From IMG/VR virus record IMGVR_UViG_3300045988_079011: 52,660 bases of DNA. One strand, 5' to 3'. This DNA comes from a virus. Within the stretch, counting starts at the first letter, position 1. The number at the start of each line of letters is the position of its first letter. The translations under genes and the position numbers were made by a program. Under the pieces are notes generated by a model. The model ran no database searches and was not told where the DNA came from. It saw nothing but the letters and a program-made list of their open reading frames with translations. Shown piece by piece: positions 32,916 through 42,542 of the stretch.

Positions 32916-35900
32916 ATGGCAAAAAGGAAAATAAGCGGAATCATCAATGCGACTGAACATCCGATGAATCTTGAAACACCATGGAACCAGAAACAGCCGG
33001 ACGGCACCTATCATGCCTATGCCGGGGACGATGTAGAAGCGTTTCTGAAGAAGGAACTGTCAAACCGTACCCCTACTGAGGAACTGGTGAGCGGCGAGAC
33101 GAAGCCCCCTACATCCGGAACGGTGTTTGATGCAATGGTGGGTACGGTGACGGACGTGGATGTGCAGGACAGCGAGGACGGCACTCAATATGTGATGACC
33201 GTGAAGCAGAAGGATAACCAGGGCGGCGAGAGCTCGAAGGAGGTGCGCTTCTCGAAGTACACCGACGACGACAAGGTGGTGTTGTACATTGACCTGACGG
33301 ACAGCGGCGGCGCGGGACTTCCCTCGCAGCAGTACCTGGCACTGGGAAGCGGTTTTGTGGTGAAATACTCTGTGGGCGTGGGTACTGCCGGTGGCGGTAC
33401 GGTGGACGGCTACAGCGACCTGAAAGCCCGCGTGATTGTGAAACGCGGTTCGACCGTGATCAGTGAGTTCCGGGATGCAGAGTTTGTGGGCGTGACAGCC
33501 GGACAGGCTTATACCTTTGACGCTTCGCCCTACCTGAAGGATGCCACCGCCTATACCGTGCAGGTGGAAGCGCAGGCAACCTACCAGGGCGGCACACTGA
33601 TGAAGACGGCCACGGCCAAGGTGACCATGGTGGCCATGGAGCTGGAGACCAGCTACTCGGCGGGCAACGGGCTGGCCGACGGGGGATATAAAAATGACGT
33701 GAACATCCCCTTTACTGCCAAGGGCACGAGCGGGGAGAAGAACATCTACTACCGCATCAACGGCGGGCAGGCCTTTACCCTCGGTCTTTCGGCCGGCAGC
33801 GGTGTGCAGCAGAAGAACGTGACCATCCCACTGGCTCAGATGCAGGAGGGTACGAACGTGGTGGAAGCCTACGCGCAGCATGAGAACTCCGGTGTGGTGA
33901 GCCGGGTGCATTACATTACGCTGCTGAAGGCAGGAGGCGGTGTGACAGCGTATGCCGGCCTGATGTTCAGCCACCGGGCAGCGGGGTTCCAACGCGACTG
34001 GAAACATCCGGTGCTGGAGGCAGAGCAGTTCACGGCATGGGCCTTTACGTATGCCGGCTATGACCGCGATGCGTACACGGCCCGTGTGAAAGTGACGGGC
34101 CAGGGCAGCGTGGTGAAGGAAGACCTGCTGCAGCGCGGTGAGACCGGCAGCTACGGACGGACGAACGTGAACGTGGAACCGCTGGACTACCGTGTGTCGT
34201 GCGGCGATGCCGTGCTTGAGGTGCAGGTGAACACCACATCGCACCCGGACATTGAAGCCACGCTGGCACCGGATGCCGTGTGTACGTTTGACGCCTTCGG
34301 GCGAAGCAACACGGAAAACAACCCGGCAAGCTGGGTGAGCGGTGACAAGCGCATGGAGTTCCGGGACGTGCTGTGGAGCGTGAACGAATATGGTGCCGGT
34401 AGCGGCTGGCACAAGGACCGCCTGCTGCTGGCCGGTGGTGCAGGTATGACCCTGACCGCTGACGGCGGGTACCGCCCCTTCAACGAGGCGGACAAACCCG
34501 AAGGCTTTGCTATTCGTGATGTGGGCATGACACTTGAGATAGAATACAGCACGGCCAACGTGACGGACACGGATGCGGAGCTGATCACCTGCCTGGGGCA
34601 GCTGGACAACGGGAACCGGTACGGGCTGATTGTGACCCCGGAAGAGGCCAAGTTCCTGACCGGAGTGGTGACCGAGGCGATGGATGCCGGACAGGTGCTG
34701 CGCTATGAGGACTCGGTGGGTACGAAGTTCCAGCCGGGCACGAACATCCGCATTACCTACGTGTTCTATCCGAACGTGCAGACCAATGAACAGCGCACGC
34801 TGATCGGTTTCTATGTGAACGGTGAAGAGTCGGCTGCTTCCAAGTGGCTCGACAAGGTGAATTTTGACATTCAGAGCCAGCTGGAATTTAAGTCGGCAGG
34901 TGCCGACCTGAACGTGAAGAGCGTGCGTATCTATAACAAGGCGCTGACCTCGGATGAGGTGCTGAACAACTACATCGTGGACCGCAACCACCTGGAGGAT
35001 GCCGACGGGGAACCGGGCGTGCGCTCGCTGGATGAGGACAACCGCGTGCTGAACGAAGGAGACACGGTGAGCATGGAGAAGCTGATGGGGCTGATGAAGA
35101 AGCGCCGGAACTCGATCCTGGTACTGATAGGCACGGGCAGCGTGGGCAGTGAGGTTCCGAGCGAGAGCGACACGCTGAACGTGGTGGATGCACTGGCCCA
35201 GCTGAACGACAAAAAGGCCAACAAGCTGGTAAGGGAGGTCCGTTTCTATAACGGAGAGGACAGGACGCTTGACTTTATCCTTACCAACGTATATGTCCGT
35301 ATTCAGGGTACTTCTTCCGTGAACTATGCCAGAAAGAACTTCCGTTTCTACTTCCAGAAGACGGCAAGCGGCTGGACGGTTACATTGAGCTACGGGGAGA
35401 TTGACGGAAACGGCAGGCAGAAGAATCCGGTGGTAACTACCGGCAAAAAAAATCTCTTCAAGTTGCGCAGGAACTCCGTAGGCGCGAAGCTGGCATGTTC
35501 CAAATGCGACTTCTCGGACTCGTCCATGACCACCAATACCGGTGGTGCGAAGCTTATCAATGACGGACTGAAAGAGATGGGGCTGCTTACGCCTGCCCAG
35601 CGTTACGCCAAAGACCACGGGCTGGAGGATGATTACCGTTCGGCCATCGACGGCCTGCCGTGCGACCTGTTCGTAGCGAAGAGTGCCGACGAAGACCTGA
35701 CCTATTACGGCCAGTACAACATGAACAACGAGAAGAGCGACAGCTACCCCATCTTCGGGCAGGATGAGACCATCGGCGGCGAGAAATGGGGCGAGGGCGA
35801 CACGCTGAACTATCTGGAAGCCGACGAGGAAGGACACAAGCAGTACCTGCCAATCTGCTTCGAGACGCTGAACAACTCCAATCCGCTGTGCCTGTTCCAC

Positions 35901-38900
35901 TGGTTGCCGAGTACCGAACCGGAGCATAAGGATTTCATGGACTACAACTTTGACGGAGGACTGGAGTTCAACCATCCGAAAGATACCTTCTGGGCTGACG
36001 GAGGCGGTGATGCCGAGGAAGAACCGAATATGAAAGACCACTTGGGGCAGGGTGATGTGTACGATAAGATGTATAAGGCTACCGACCGCATGATGAGCTT
36101 CGTTTACCGCTGTGTGAAGGAAACTCCTGCCGGAAAGAGTATGACTTACAGTATGGAATCGCATGCGTTCGAGGGGGTAGATTATGAAGATGATGGCGAC
36201 AAGTTCCCTACCGCTAAATGGAAGAGCGATACGTTTAAGAAAGAGGCATCGAAGTATTTCGACCTTCCCCATCTGATAGCTTACTATCTGTACGTGCAGT
36301 TTAACCTTGGTGTCGACCAGCTTGCCAAGAACATGCTTATCCGTACTTGGGACGGGGTGAAATGGTTGATTACTTATTATGACGGAGACTGCCAGTTGGG
36401 TTCAGACAACAAGTCATTCCTTACGGGAAAATATAACGATAACCGTCAGACCAAGCGCGACGGGGCTTATGTGATGCAGGGTCATAACTCGTGGCTGTGG
36501 AACCTCATCGTGGCCAATTGCTGGGACATGATTGTGGAGATTATGGTGAGCGGATGGAACGGGGGCGCAAGCTTCATGAGTGCCTTCAGTATCCAGAAAG
36601 CCATTGACCATTTCGATACCGAACAGATGAAGAAGTGGTGCTCACGCCTCTATAACAAGTCCGGCATCTTCAAATACATCTACCCGTTCCTGAACGAAAT
36701 GCCGGTAGGTGCTGACGGTGCCAAACAGACGTATCCGCAAATCTACGGTCTGAAGGGTTCGTTAAAAGCACACCGGAACTACTTCATCCAACGCAGGTAC
36801 GACCTGAAGCAGGTGGAGTACGGCTATGTATCTACGCTGGGTGCCCAGTTCTACCAGAGTACGGCATCGCTGGACAAGGCTTATAAACTGAAACCGATGC
36901 AGTACCGGCTGACCATCCCTTACCGTGTGCAATTATCCACCTCAAACGGTATACAGGCTGACAGCGGCGTGGTGGATGCAGACGTGCTCCATTCCCTGCA
37001 GCTGACCCGTGCCTTCGGTGAGAACGACCCGCTGAAGATTATCGGTGCAGCCAAAATCAAGGAGCTGGTATGGCACGAGGATGCGTTCGCAATCGGCTTC
37101 AACTTCGGTCTGCTGACCTCACTGGTAAAACTCGACATGAGCGTGGAGAAAGCCAGCGGTTACCGGAACGGCTCGTTCATGGCTTCGACGAACGGCATGC
37201 TGCTTTTGGAAGAAGTGAACATGCGGAACAACCGGCTGGCCCGGAACGGGGACAACGGGAATGTGGCTACTTTGGACTTGAGCTGGCAGGGCCGCCTGAA
37301 GAAACTGGACGTGAGGGGTACGGGGCTGACCCGTGTGAAACTGGCCACCGGTGCGCCCGTTGTGCAGTTATGCCTGCCGGACACGATTGAGGAACTGTTC
37401 CTGGAATATCTGACCAAGCTGTCCGATAGTGGCCTGATACTGGAAGGCATCAATAATGTGCGGGGCTACCGCTACACCAACTGCCCCGGCATCGACGGGT
37501 TCGCTATGCTGGAACGCCTACATCAGGCCAGACTGAACGGCAGCGGCAAGCTGGAGCGCTTCGTGCTGGAGATAGACCGGGAAGACGACGGAACCCTGCT
37601 GAAGAAGTATTACGACTACGGAACGTATACGCAGACGGGTGCCGTGGATGACCGGCATTCGGGACTGAGGGGCAAGCTGACCCTGACGAAGTATCTGGCC
37701 GATGAGGAACTGGAGAAGTATGCCGCCCGTTATCCGGAACTGACCATCAAGCAGCCGCCCTATACGATGATCGAGTTTGACGACAGCGTGGCCGACGATG
37801 CCAATATTTCAAACCTGGACAACAAGACCGGATACAAGTTCGGGAATGCGTACAAAATGAGCGGGCATGTGAATGCCATCCTGTCCAAGCGCCACCGCGT
37901 ACTGGCCAAGGTGACCAGGATGCCTACGAACCGGAAGGTGGAGATAGCCGGGCAGCAGGTGGAAGTGAACAACCCGGACGGGGAGATGACCTATTTCCCC
38001 CTGCATGACGAAAGCTCGAACTTCTATGCCGATGCGGAGGATATGAACGACTGCACGGTGGCGAAGCTGGACGGCAGCGAGGGAGACTGGATGATGTATG
38101 AACCGTTCTACTGGAGCAAGGGTATCAATGACTATCTGGCTGGCAAGAAGTACGCCTGCTACAGCAGCTATCCGGAGGACGAAATGCCCCCTGTTCCGGA
38201 GGCAACTATACTGACGCTGGATGCGATCAAGGAAACACAGGGCGGCTGGCTGGGTGAACGCAAGATCATGAGCGGAAAACCTACGTTGATGGAATCCTAT
38301 ACGACTGACAAGGCCTATTCGGTTTGTAAGGTGGATGTATCCGGCTACAGACGTGTCCGCTTTCCGAGCGTTCCCGGTACGGGGCTTATCGGCAGTGTGT
38401 TTGTGGATGATGCAGGAAGCATCCTGAAGAGCATCGTGGTGCCGACCATCGGCTTGAAATTTGAAGCCGGCATGTATCTGATAGCAGACGTTCCGGAACG
38501 TGCTACAGCCCTGCATTTCTCCATTCTGAACACGGCAGAGTTTGACTGCGTGGTACTGAGCCACAGCGACAAGATAGAGGACATGGAACCGGATTGGGTG
38601 GCCAATGAGGAGCATCTGTGTGCCGTTGTGGGCAGTTCGGTGGTGGGCAGCAAGCTTCGTGCCTGCATAACCGGTACCTATACAGCCGGAAGCATGACCT
38701 GGACGGACTTCCACTACTACAGCCAGCAGCGGGGCATGCAGCAGATAGATGCGCTGATGCACAGCCGCATTGCGAATCTGAGCTATGCACGGTACGGTCG
38801 CAGGGACATGCAGGAACAGTGCGGTGCCGGGGAGCATAATTACAATAGAATAACGGGTGGAACGGCAGAGCATGGGATGACAGATACCATCGGCTACGAT

Positions 38901-39407
38901 GAAGCGTATGCCATCAACAACAAAATCACGAATTCGCTGATTGAAGGTCTGGTGCACCAGTATGCCTGGTATAAGAGCCGTGACGAATACGGACAGGAGA
39001 CTGTGGTGCAGGTGAAAAATATCTGCTGCCTGGGCTATGAGGACATCTACGGCAACAAGTATGACATGATGGACGGCGTGGATCTGCCGAACGACAGCGG
39101 CAACGTGGGCAAATGGCGCATCTGGATGCCGGACGGCACGGTGCGCTGGGTGCAGGGGAAAAAGGACAGCGGACAGTGGATTTCAGGCGTGGCACACGGC
39201 AAGTATATGGACCTGGTTCCGGTGGGTAATCTGAACGGATCATCTTCTACTTACTATACCGACATGTACTGGATAAGCACCGCTACAGTCCGTGTGGTCT
39301 ATCGCGGGTACAACAATGCGAACGCGAATGGCGGTGTGTCGAATGCGAATGCGAATAACGATGCTTCGAATACGAATGCGAATATCGGCTCGCGTCTGGA
39401 AATCTAA
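32916..39407 (+). CDS. Giant multidomain tail fibre / receptor-binding protein, DGR target (C-terminal C-type-lectin-fold VR)
   Basis: 2163 aa. LamG-like segment (VKSVRIYNKALTSDEVLNNYI). CotH-like motifs (VRIQGTSSVNYARKNFRF; NLFKLRRNS; WDGVKWLITYYDGDCQLG). LRR-like segment (aa ~1370-1550). C-terminus VVYRGYNNANANGGVSNANANNDASNTNANIGSRLEI fits the CLec-type VR pattern RG...N..IG.RL. Confidence 0.85.
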   Translation: MAKRKISGIINATEHPMNLETPWNQKQPDGTYHAYAGDDVEAFLKKELSNRTPTEELVSGETKPPTSGTVFDAMVGTVTDVDVQDSEDGTQYVMTVKQKDNQGGESSKEVRFSKYTDDDKVVLYIDLTDSGGAGLPSQQYLALGSGFVVKYSVGVGTAGGGTVDGYSDLKARVIVKRGSTVISEFRDAEFVGVTAGQAYTFDASPYLKDATAYTVQVEAQATYQGGTLMKTATAKVTMVAMELETSYSAGNGLADGGYKNDVNIPFTAKGTSGEKNIYYRINGGQAFTLGLSAGSGVQQKNVTIPLAQMQEGTNVVEAYAQHENSGVVSRVHYITLLKAGGGVTAYAGLMFSHRAAGFQRDWKHPVLEAEQFTAWAFTYAGYDRDAYTARVKVTGQGSVVKEDLLQRGETGSYGRTNVNVEPLDYRVSCGDAVLEVQVNTTSHPDIEATLAPDAVCTFDAFGRSNTENNPASWVSGDKRMEFRDVLWSVNEYGAGSGWHKDRLLLAGGAGMTLTADGGYRPFNEADKPEGFAIRDVGMTLEIEYSTANVTDTDAELITCLGQLDNGNRYGLIVTPEEAKFLTGVVTEAMDAGQVLRYEDSVGTKFQPGTNIRITYVFYPNVQTNEQRTLIGFYVNGEESAASKWLDKVNFDIQSQLEFKSAGADLNVKSVRIYNKALTSDEVLNNYIVDRNHLEDADGEPGVRSLDEDNRVLNEGDTVSMEKLMGLMKKRRNSILVLIGTGSVGSEVPSESDTLNVVDALAQLNDKKANKLVREVRFYNGEDRTLDFILTNVYVRIQGTSSVNYARKNFRFYFQKTASGWTVTLSYGEIDGNGRQKNPVVTTGKKNLFKLRRNSVGAKLACSKCDFSDSSMTTNTGGAKLINDGLKEMGLLTPAQRYAKDHGLEDDYRSAIDGLPCDLFVAKSADEDLTYYGQYNMNNEKSDSYPIFGQDETIGGEKWGEGDTLNYLEADEEGHKQYLPICFETLNNSNPLCLFHWLPSTEPEHKDFMDYNFDGGLEFNHPKDTFWADGGGDAEEEPNMKDHLGQGDVYDKMYKATDRMMSFVYRCVKETPAGKSMTYSMESHAFEGVDYEDDGDKFPTAKWKSDTFKKEASKYFDLPHLIAYYLYVQFNLGVDQLAKNMLIRTWDGVKWLITYYDGDCQLGSDNKSFLTGKYNDNRQTKRDGAYVMQGHNSWLWNLIVANCWDMIVEIMVSGWNGGASFMSAFSIQKAIDHFDTEQMKKWCSRLYNKSGIFKYIYPFLNEMPVGADGAKQTYPQIYGLKGSLKAHRNYFIQRRYDLKQVEYGYVSTLGAQFYQSTASLDKAYKLKPMQYRLTIPYRVQLSTSNGIQADSGVVDADVLHSLQLTRAFGENDPLKIIGAAKIKELVWHEDAFAIGFNFGLLTSLVKLDMSVEKASGYRNGSFMASTNGMLLLEEVNMRNNRLARNGDNGNVATLDLSWQGRLKKLDVRGTGLTRVKLATGAPVVQLCLPDTIEELFLEYLTKLSDSGLILEGINNVRGYRYTNCPGIDGFAMLERLHQARLNGSGKLERFVLEIDREDDGTLLKKYYDYGTYTQTGAVDDRHSGLRGKLTLTKYLADEELEKYAARYPELTIKQPPYTMIEFDDSVADDANISNLDNKTGYKFGNAYKMSGHVNAILSKRHRVLAKVTRMPTNRKVEIAGQQVEVNNPDGEMTYFPLHDESSNFYADAEDMNDCTVAKLDGSEGDWMMYEPFYWSKGINDYLAGKKYACYSSYPEDEMPPVPEATILTLDAIKETQGGWLGERKIMSGKPTLMESYTTDKAYSVCKVDVSGYRRVRFPSVPGTGLIGSVFVDDAGSILKSIVVPTIGLKFEAGMYLIADVPERATALHFSILNTAEFDCVVLSHSDKIEDMEPDWVANEEHLCAVVGSSVVGSKLRACITGTYTAGSMTWTDFHYYSQQRGMQQIDALMHSRIANLSYARYGRRDMQEQCGAGEHNYNRITGGTAEHGMTDTIGYDEAYAINNKITNSLIEGLVHQYAWYKSRDEYGQETVVQVKNICCLGYEDIYGNKYDMMDGVDLPNDSGNVGKWRIWMPDGTVRWVQGKKDSGQWISGVAHGKYMDLVPVGNLNGSSSTYYTDMYWISTATVRVVYRGYNNANANGGVSNANANNDASNTNANIGSRLEI
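39287..39407 (+). repeat. DGR variable repeat position (assembled sequence identical to the TR)
   Basis: In frame with the last 40 codons of the target gene. 121/121 identical to the reverse complement of 13254-13374. All 11 AAY codons are intact. Confidence 0.7.
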
Positions 39408-39421
39408 TTAATCGGCGTACA

Positions 39422-39489
39422 GCACCGGGGACGTGTCCCCGAAGCGGTGCCGAGGGAAGCAAGCCACAGCAACAGCACCCATTAGGGTG
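39422..39489 (+). promoter_or_regulatory. Hairpins downstream of the repeat (copy of 13172-13239)
   Basis: Exact reverse-complement copy. GCACC-GGGGA-CGTG-TCCCC-gaagc-GGTGC at 39422-39450 and CACCC-ATTA-GGGTG at 39476-39489. Confidence 0.5.
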
Positions 39490-39602
39490 GAAAGCTGAAA
39501 AATCACGCGTCGGGTGGAGTTTGGTAGGCTGTTATCAGTTCGAAGAAGTCAGATCCGGGGAAAGGAAGGCCCTTATCTTTCATGTTTATTAACCAATAGC
39601 TT

Positions 39603-40904
39603 ATGCGCAGGGAAGGATATATTATCGAGGAAATCATCGAATACTCCAATATGTCGGAGGCATTCGATTCGGTACTTCGCGGAACCGGTCGTAAGAGGTC
39701 AAGGCAGGGACGATTCCTGCTTGCCCATAGGGAGAAGATTATCGCCGAACTGACGGCTTCCATTGCGGACGGTTCATTCCGGCTGGGCGGCTACCATGAG
39801 AGGGAAATTGAAGAATACGGTAAAAAACGTATTTTGCAGATCCTGTCCATGAAAGACCGCATCGCTGTGTTTGCCATCATGAATGTGGTGGACCGCCACC
39901 TGCAAAAACGTTATATCCGGACAACCGGTGCAAGCATCAAAAGGCGCGGTACTCATGATCTGATGAACTGCATACGTACCGATTTGCAAAAAGACCCGGA
40001 AGGCACACTTTACGCATACAAGTTTGACATCCGTAGGTTTTACGACAATGCGCGGCAGGACTTTGTTATGTGGTGCTTCCGGAGGGTGTTCAAGGACGAA
40101 AGGCTGTTGGTGCTACTGGAGCGGTTTGTTAAGCTGCTGCCGGAAGGTATAAGCTTCGGACTGCGCAGTTCACAAGGGGCAGGAAATCTGCTTCTGTCTG
40201 TATTTTTAGACCACTATCTGAAGGATAAGTACGGGGTTCGTTATTACTATCGCTATTGCGATGACGGACTGGTACTCGGTAAAACGAAAGCGGAATTGTG
40301 GAAGATTCGTGATGTTATTCACAGGCAAATGGGAAAAATAGACTTGGAAATAAAGCCGAATGAACGGGTATTCCCTGTAGAAGAAGGCATTGATTTCCTT
40401 GGCTATGTTATCCGTCCCGACTATGTAAGATTGCGGAAACGTATCAAGCAGAAGTTTGCCCGGAAGATGCACGAGGTAAAATCGAGAAAAAGACGGCGAG
40501 AACTGATTGCCAGTTTCTACGGCATGACGAAGCACGCCGACTGTAATAAGTTGTTTAAAAAATTAACAGGCAAAGAAATGAGAAGTTTTAAAGACTTGAA
40601 TGTCGCTTACAAGCCGGAGGACGGCAAGAAGCGATTTCCCGGTGTGGTGGTAAGCATCCGGGAACTGGTAAACTTACCGATTGTAGTGAAGGACTTTGAG
40701 ACCGGTATCAAGACCGAGCAGGGAGAAGACCGCTGTATTGTGGCCATCGAAGTGAACGGCGAAGCAAAGAAGTTCTTCACCAACAGCGAGGAAATGAAGA
40801 ATATTCTCGCACAAGTAAAGGAAATGCCGGATGGTTTCCCGTTTGAAACGACCATCAAGACAGAGACATTCGGCAAAGGTAGAACCAAATACGTGTTTAC
40901 ATGA
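39603..40904 (+). CDS. DGR-type reverse transcriptase (arm copy)
   Basis: Exact reverse-complement copy of 11757-13058 with an identical 433-aa translation. Confidence 0.9.
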   Translation: MRREGYIIEEIIEYSNMSEAFDSVLRGTGRKRSRQGRFLLAHREKIIAELTASIADGSFRLGGYHEREIEEYGKKRILQILSMKDRIAVFAIMNVVDRHLQKRYIRTTGASIKRRGTHDLMNCIRTDLQKDPEGTLYAYKFDIRRFYDNARQDFVMWCFRRVFKDERLLVLLERFVKLLPEGISFGLRSSQGAGNLLLSVFLDHYLKDKYGVRYYYRYCDDGLVLGKTKAELWKIRDVIHRQMGKIDLEIKPNERVFPVEEGIDFLGYVIRPDYVRLRKRIKQKFARKMHEVKSRKRRRELIASFYGMTKHADCNKLFKKLTGKEMRSFKDLNVAYKPEDGKKRFPGVVVSIRELVNLPIVVKDFETGIKTEQGEDRCIVAIEVNGEAKKFFTNSEEMKNILAQVKEMPDGFPFETTIKTETFGKGRTKYVFT

Positions 40905-41386
40905 GAAGAGTTGAAGGAAGTGCCGGTGTATCGCTGATGGAATGCACGAACCCGGTTAAAGACAAATGGCGCATCCGCTGGGATGTGCAGGAAAAAGAGA
41001 ACGGCTCTGCCTCCTACATGGAAGAGGAGTTCGGACACAAGCCTACTGATGAGGAAATCCGCACATTGGTTATGTCATGGTATAACAGCCAGACTGATGC
41101 AGCTATCCTATCCGGATTCGCCTATAATGGCGCCCCTGTATGGCTTTCTACGGAGAACCAATACAACTATAAGGCAGCATACGATTTGGCCGTTCAGACG
41201 GGCGGAGAGACCCTTCCGGTTACATTCAAATTCGGTTCGGATGAACAGCCCGAATACCATACCTTTGAAAAGTTGGATAATCTGAAGGACTTCTACATTC
41301 AAGCGGTCAGACACATCCAAAACACACTGGCTGAAGGATGGAAAAGGAAAGATGTATTCAACTTGGATTTATATCGGATTGAATGA
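40901..41386 (+). CDS. 161-aa RT-coupled protein (arm copy)
   Basis: Exact copy of 11275-11760. Confidence 0.55.
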   Translation: MRRVEGSAGVSLMECTNPVKDKWRIRWDVQEKENGSASYMEEEFGHKPTDEEIRTLVMSWYNSQTDAAILSGFAYNGAPVWLSTENQYNYKAAYDLAVQTGGETLPVTFKFGSDEQPEYHTFEKLDNLKDFYIQAVRHIQNTLAEGWKRKDVFNLDLYRIE

Positions 41387-41411
41387 TTGACAATCCCTTC
41401 GGGGGAAGGAT

Positions 41412-41561
41412 AAAAAAAAGCCCCCGGCCTGTTAAATAGTCGTCTCACTTACCATTTAAACATAAAGCACCTCTTACCGGCACGACCGGGGGCAGATACC
41501 CTCGTTCGCCAGTAAGAGGCTTTTTTATGTAAGCGCTATTCTGCGCAATGATAAGTGAGAC
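41412..41561 (-). ncRNA. Candidate structured RNA (arm copy)
   Basis: Exact copy of 11100-11249. Confidence 0.35.
41470..41526 (+). terminator. RT-operon terminator (arm copy)
   Basis: Exact copy of 11135-11191. Hairpin followed by T6 at 41521-41526. Confidence 0.6.
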
Positions 41562-41589
41562 AATGCAAATGTACGAAATTTAACTGGAT

Positions 41590-41832
41590 ATGAAAGTAAT
41601 TGAGATACTAAAATTGAACAGAGAGCTTTTAAAAACGTGCCATTACATGGGCATACGACCCGATGACGTGCAATATATAGAACTATATAATGAATATAAC
41701 AAGTTGCAGACCAATGGTGAAAAAGTGTCTTATATCGTAGCTACGCTTTCCCTACGATATGGCATCAGTGAGCGAAAGGTGTATGACCTGATCAAGCGTT
41801 TTAAAACCGACTGCAATTTGTGTGCAGTGTAA
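41590..41832 (+). CDS. Small HTH protein (arm copy)
   Basis: Exact copy of 10829-11071. Confidence 0.5.
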   Translation: MKVIEILKLNRELLKTCHYMGIRPDDVQYIELYNEYNKLQTNGEKVSYIVATLSLRYGISERKVYDLIKRFKTDCNLCAV

Positions 41833-41870
41833 TCAGGACTTCCTCCCACTAAAGGCAAACTCCCCTACCC

Positions 41871-41878
41871 TACCTTTG
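41871..41878 (+). promoter_or_regulatory. -7 box TACCTTTG (arm copy)
   Basis: Exact copy of 10783-10790. Confidence 0.4.
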
Positions 41879-41903
41879 TATCGCAATAAATAACATTCAT
41901 ATC

Positions 41904-42542
41904 ATGGACAAGTATTATCAAATCTTAGGCAAGGTGCTTTCGTCCGGAAAGATGCAAAGCAATAAAAAAGGGAATATCCGCTACCTACTGAATGAACAGC
42001 TGACGCTGCTCCCTGCCGACCTTCTTGATATATTCGAGGGGCATACCATAGCGCGGAAGAAGTTAAAAAACGAGTTACAACTGTTTATGAGGGGCGAACG
42101 AAACGTGGAAAAATACAGGGAGGCCGGAATCAACTGGTGGGACTACTGCGGCTCTATCCTTGTGAACAGCTACCCAACCTATTTTGAAAAACTGCCGCCA
42201 CTCATCGAACGCATAAACAGGGAAAAAAGGAACAGCAAAAACTATATATTGTTTCTCGGATCTACAGGAACAGAAAGCAACCAGGCTCCATGCCTTAGTC
42301 TTGTTCAGTTCCAGATAGAGCAAGGAGAACTGGTCATGACCGCCTATCAGCGAAGCAGCGATGCGAATTTAGGACTGCCGGCAGATATTTATCATTTGTA
42401 TCTAATATCAAGACAGATTGAGTTGCCACTAAAATCCATCACCCTGAATCTGGGGAATGTGCATATTTACGAAAACAACATCGACAAAACAGAACAGCTG
42501 CTTGCCGGCAATGAAAATGTAAAATTTGAATTGAACGTATGA
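41904..42542 (+). CDS. Short ThyA-family enzyme (arm copy)
   Basis: Exact copy of 10119-10757. Confidence 0.75.
   Translation: MDKYYQILGKVLSSGKMQSNKKGNIRYLLNEQLTLLPADLLDIFEGHTIARKKLKNELQLFMRGERNVEKYREAGINWWDYCGSILVNSYPTYFEKLPPLIERINREKRNSKNYILFLGSTGTESNQAPCLSLVQFQIEQGELVMTAYQRSSDANLGLPADIYHLYLISRQIELPLKSITLNLGNVHIYENNIDKTEQLLAGNENVKFELNV

Larger units (their letters stand above)
1..39407. mobile_element. Mu-like transposable temperate siphovirus genome (left end through DGR target gene; true right end unresolved)
   Basis: Early block follows repressor / Ner-position HTH / large transposase / MuB-like AAA+ synteny. Also present: DUF935-type portal, Mu F-like protein, Mu gp27/gp28-like terminase, protease-scaffold, capsid, tape measure and tail fibre genes. 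Several TAnnTTTG Bacteroides-type -7 boxes. Confidence 0.75.

Noticed and set aside
33060-36272. 1070-aa ORF on the minus strand, the second-longest ORF in the window
   Set aside because: It lies entirely antisense to the 2163-aa target gene. Its composition is extremely His/Arg/Val/Leu/Gln-rich and low in complexity, with no recognisable motif. It is typical of a stop-free antisense frame in GC-rich, G/C-ending coding sequence.
39325-39385. Short tandem GCGAAT / AATGCG hexamer repeats as a microsatellite or CRISPR-like array
   Set aside because: The repeats are codon-level Ala-Asn alternation inside the TR/VR, with no spacers and no repeat-spacer periodicity. This is DGR template design, not a CRISPR array or a slippage-prone repeat locus.
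39514-39753. 79-aa ORF between repeat and RT as a possible Avd (mirror at 12908-13147)
   Set aside because: It overlaps the RT start out of frame. It is Arg/Ser/Cys-rich and not helical-bundle-like. It is too short and lies within the spacer region.
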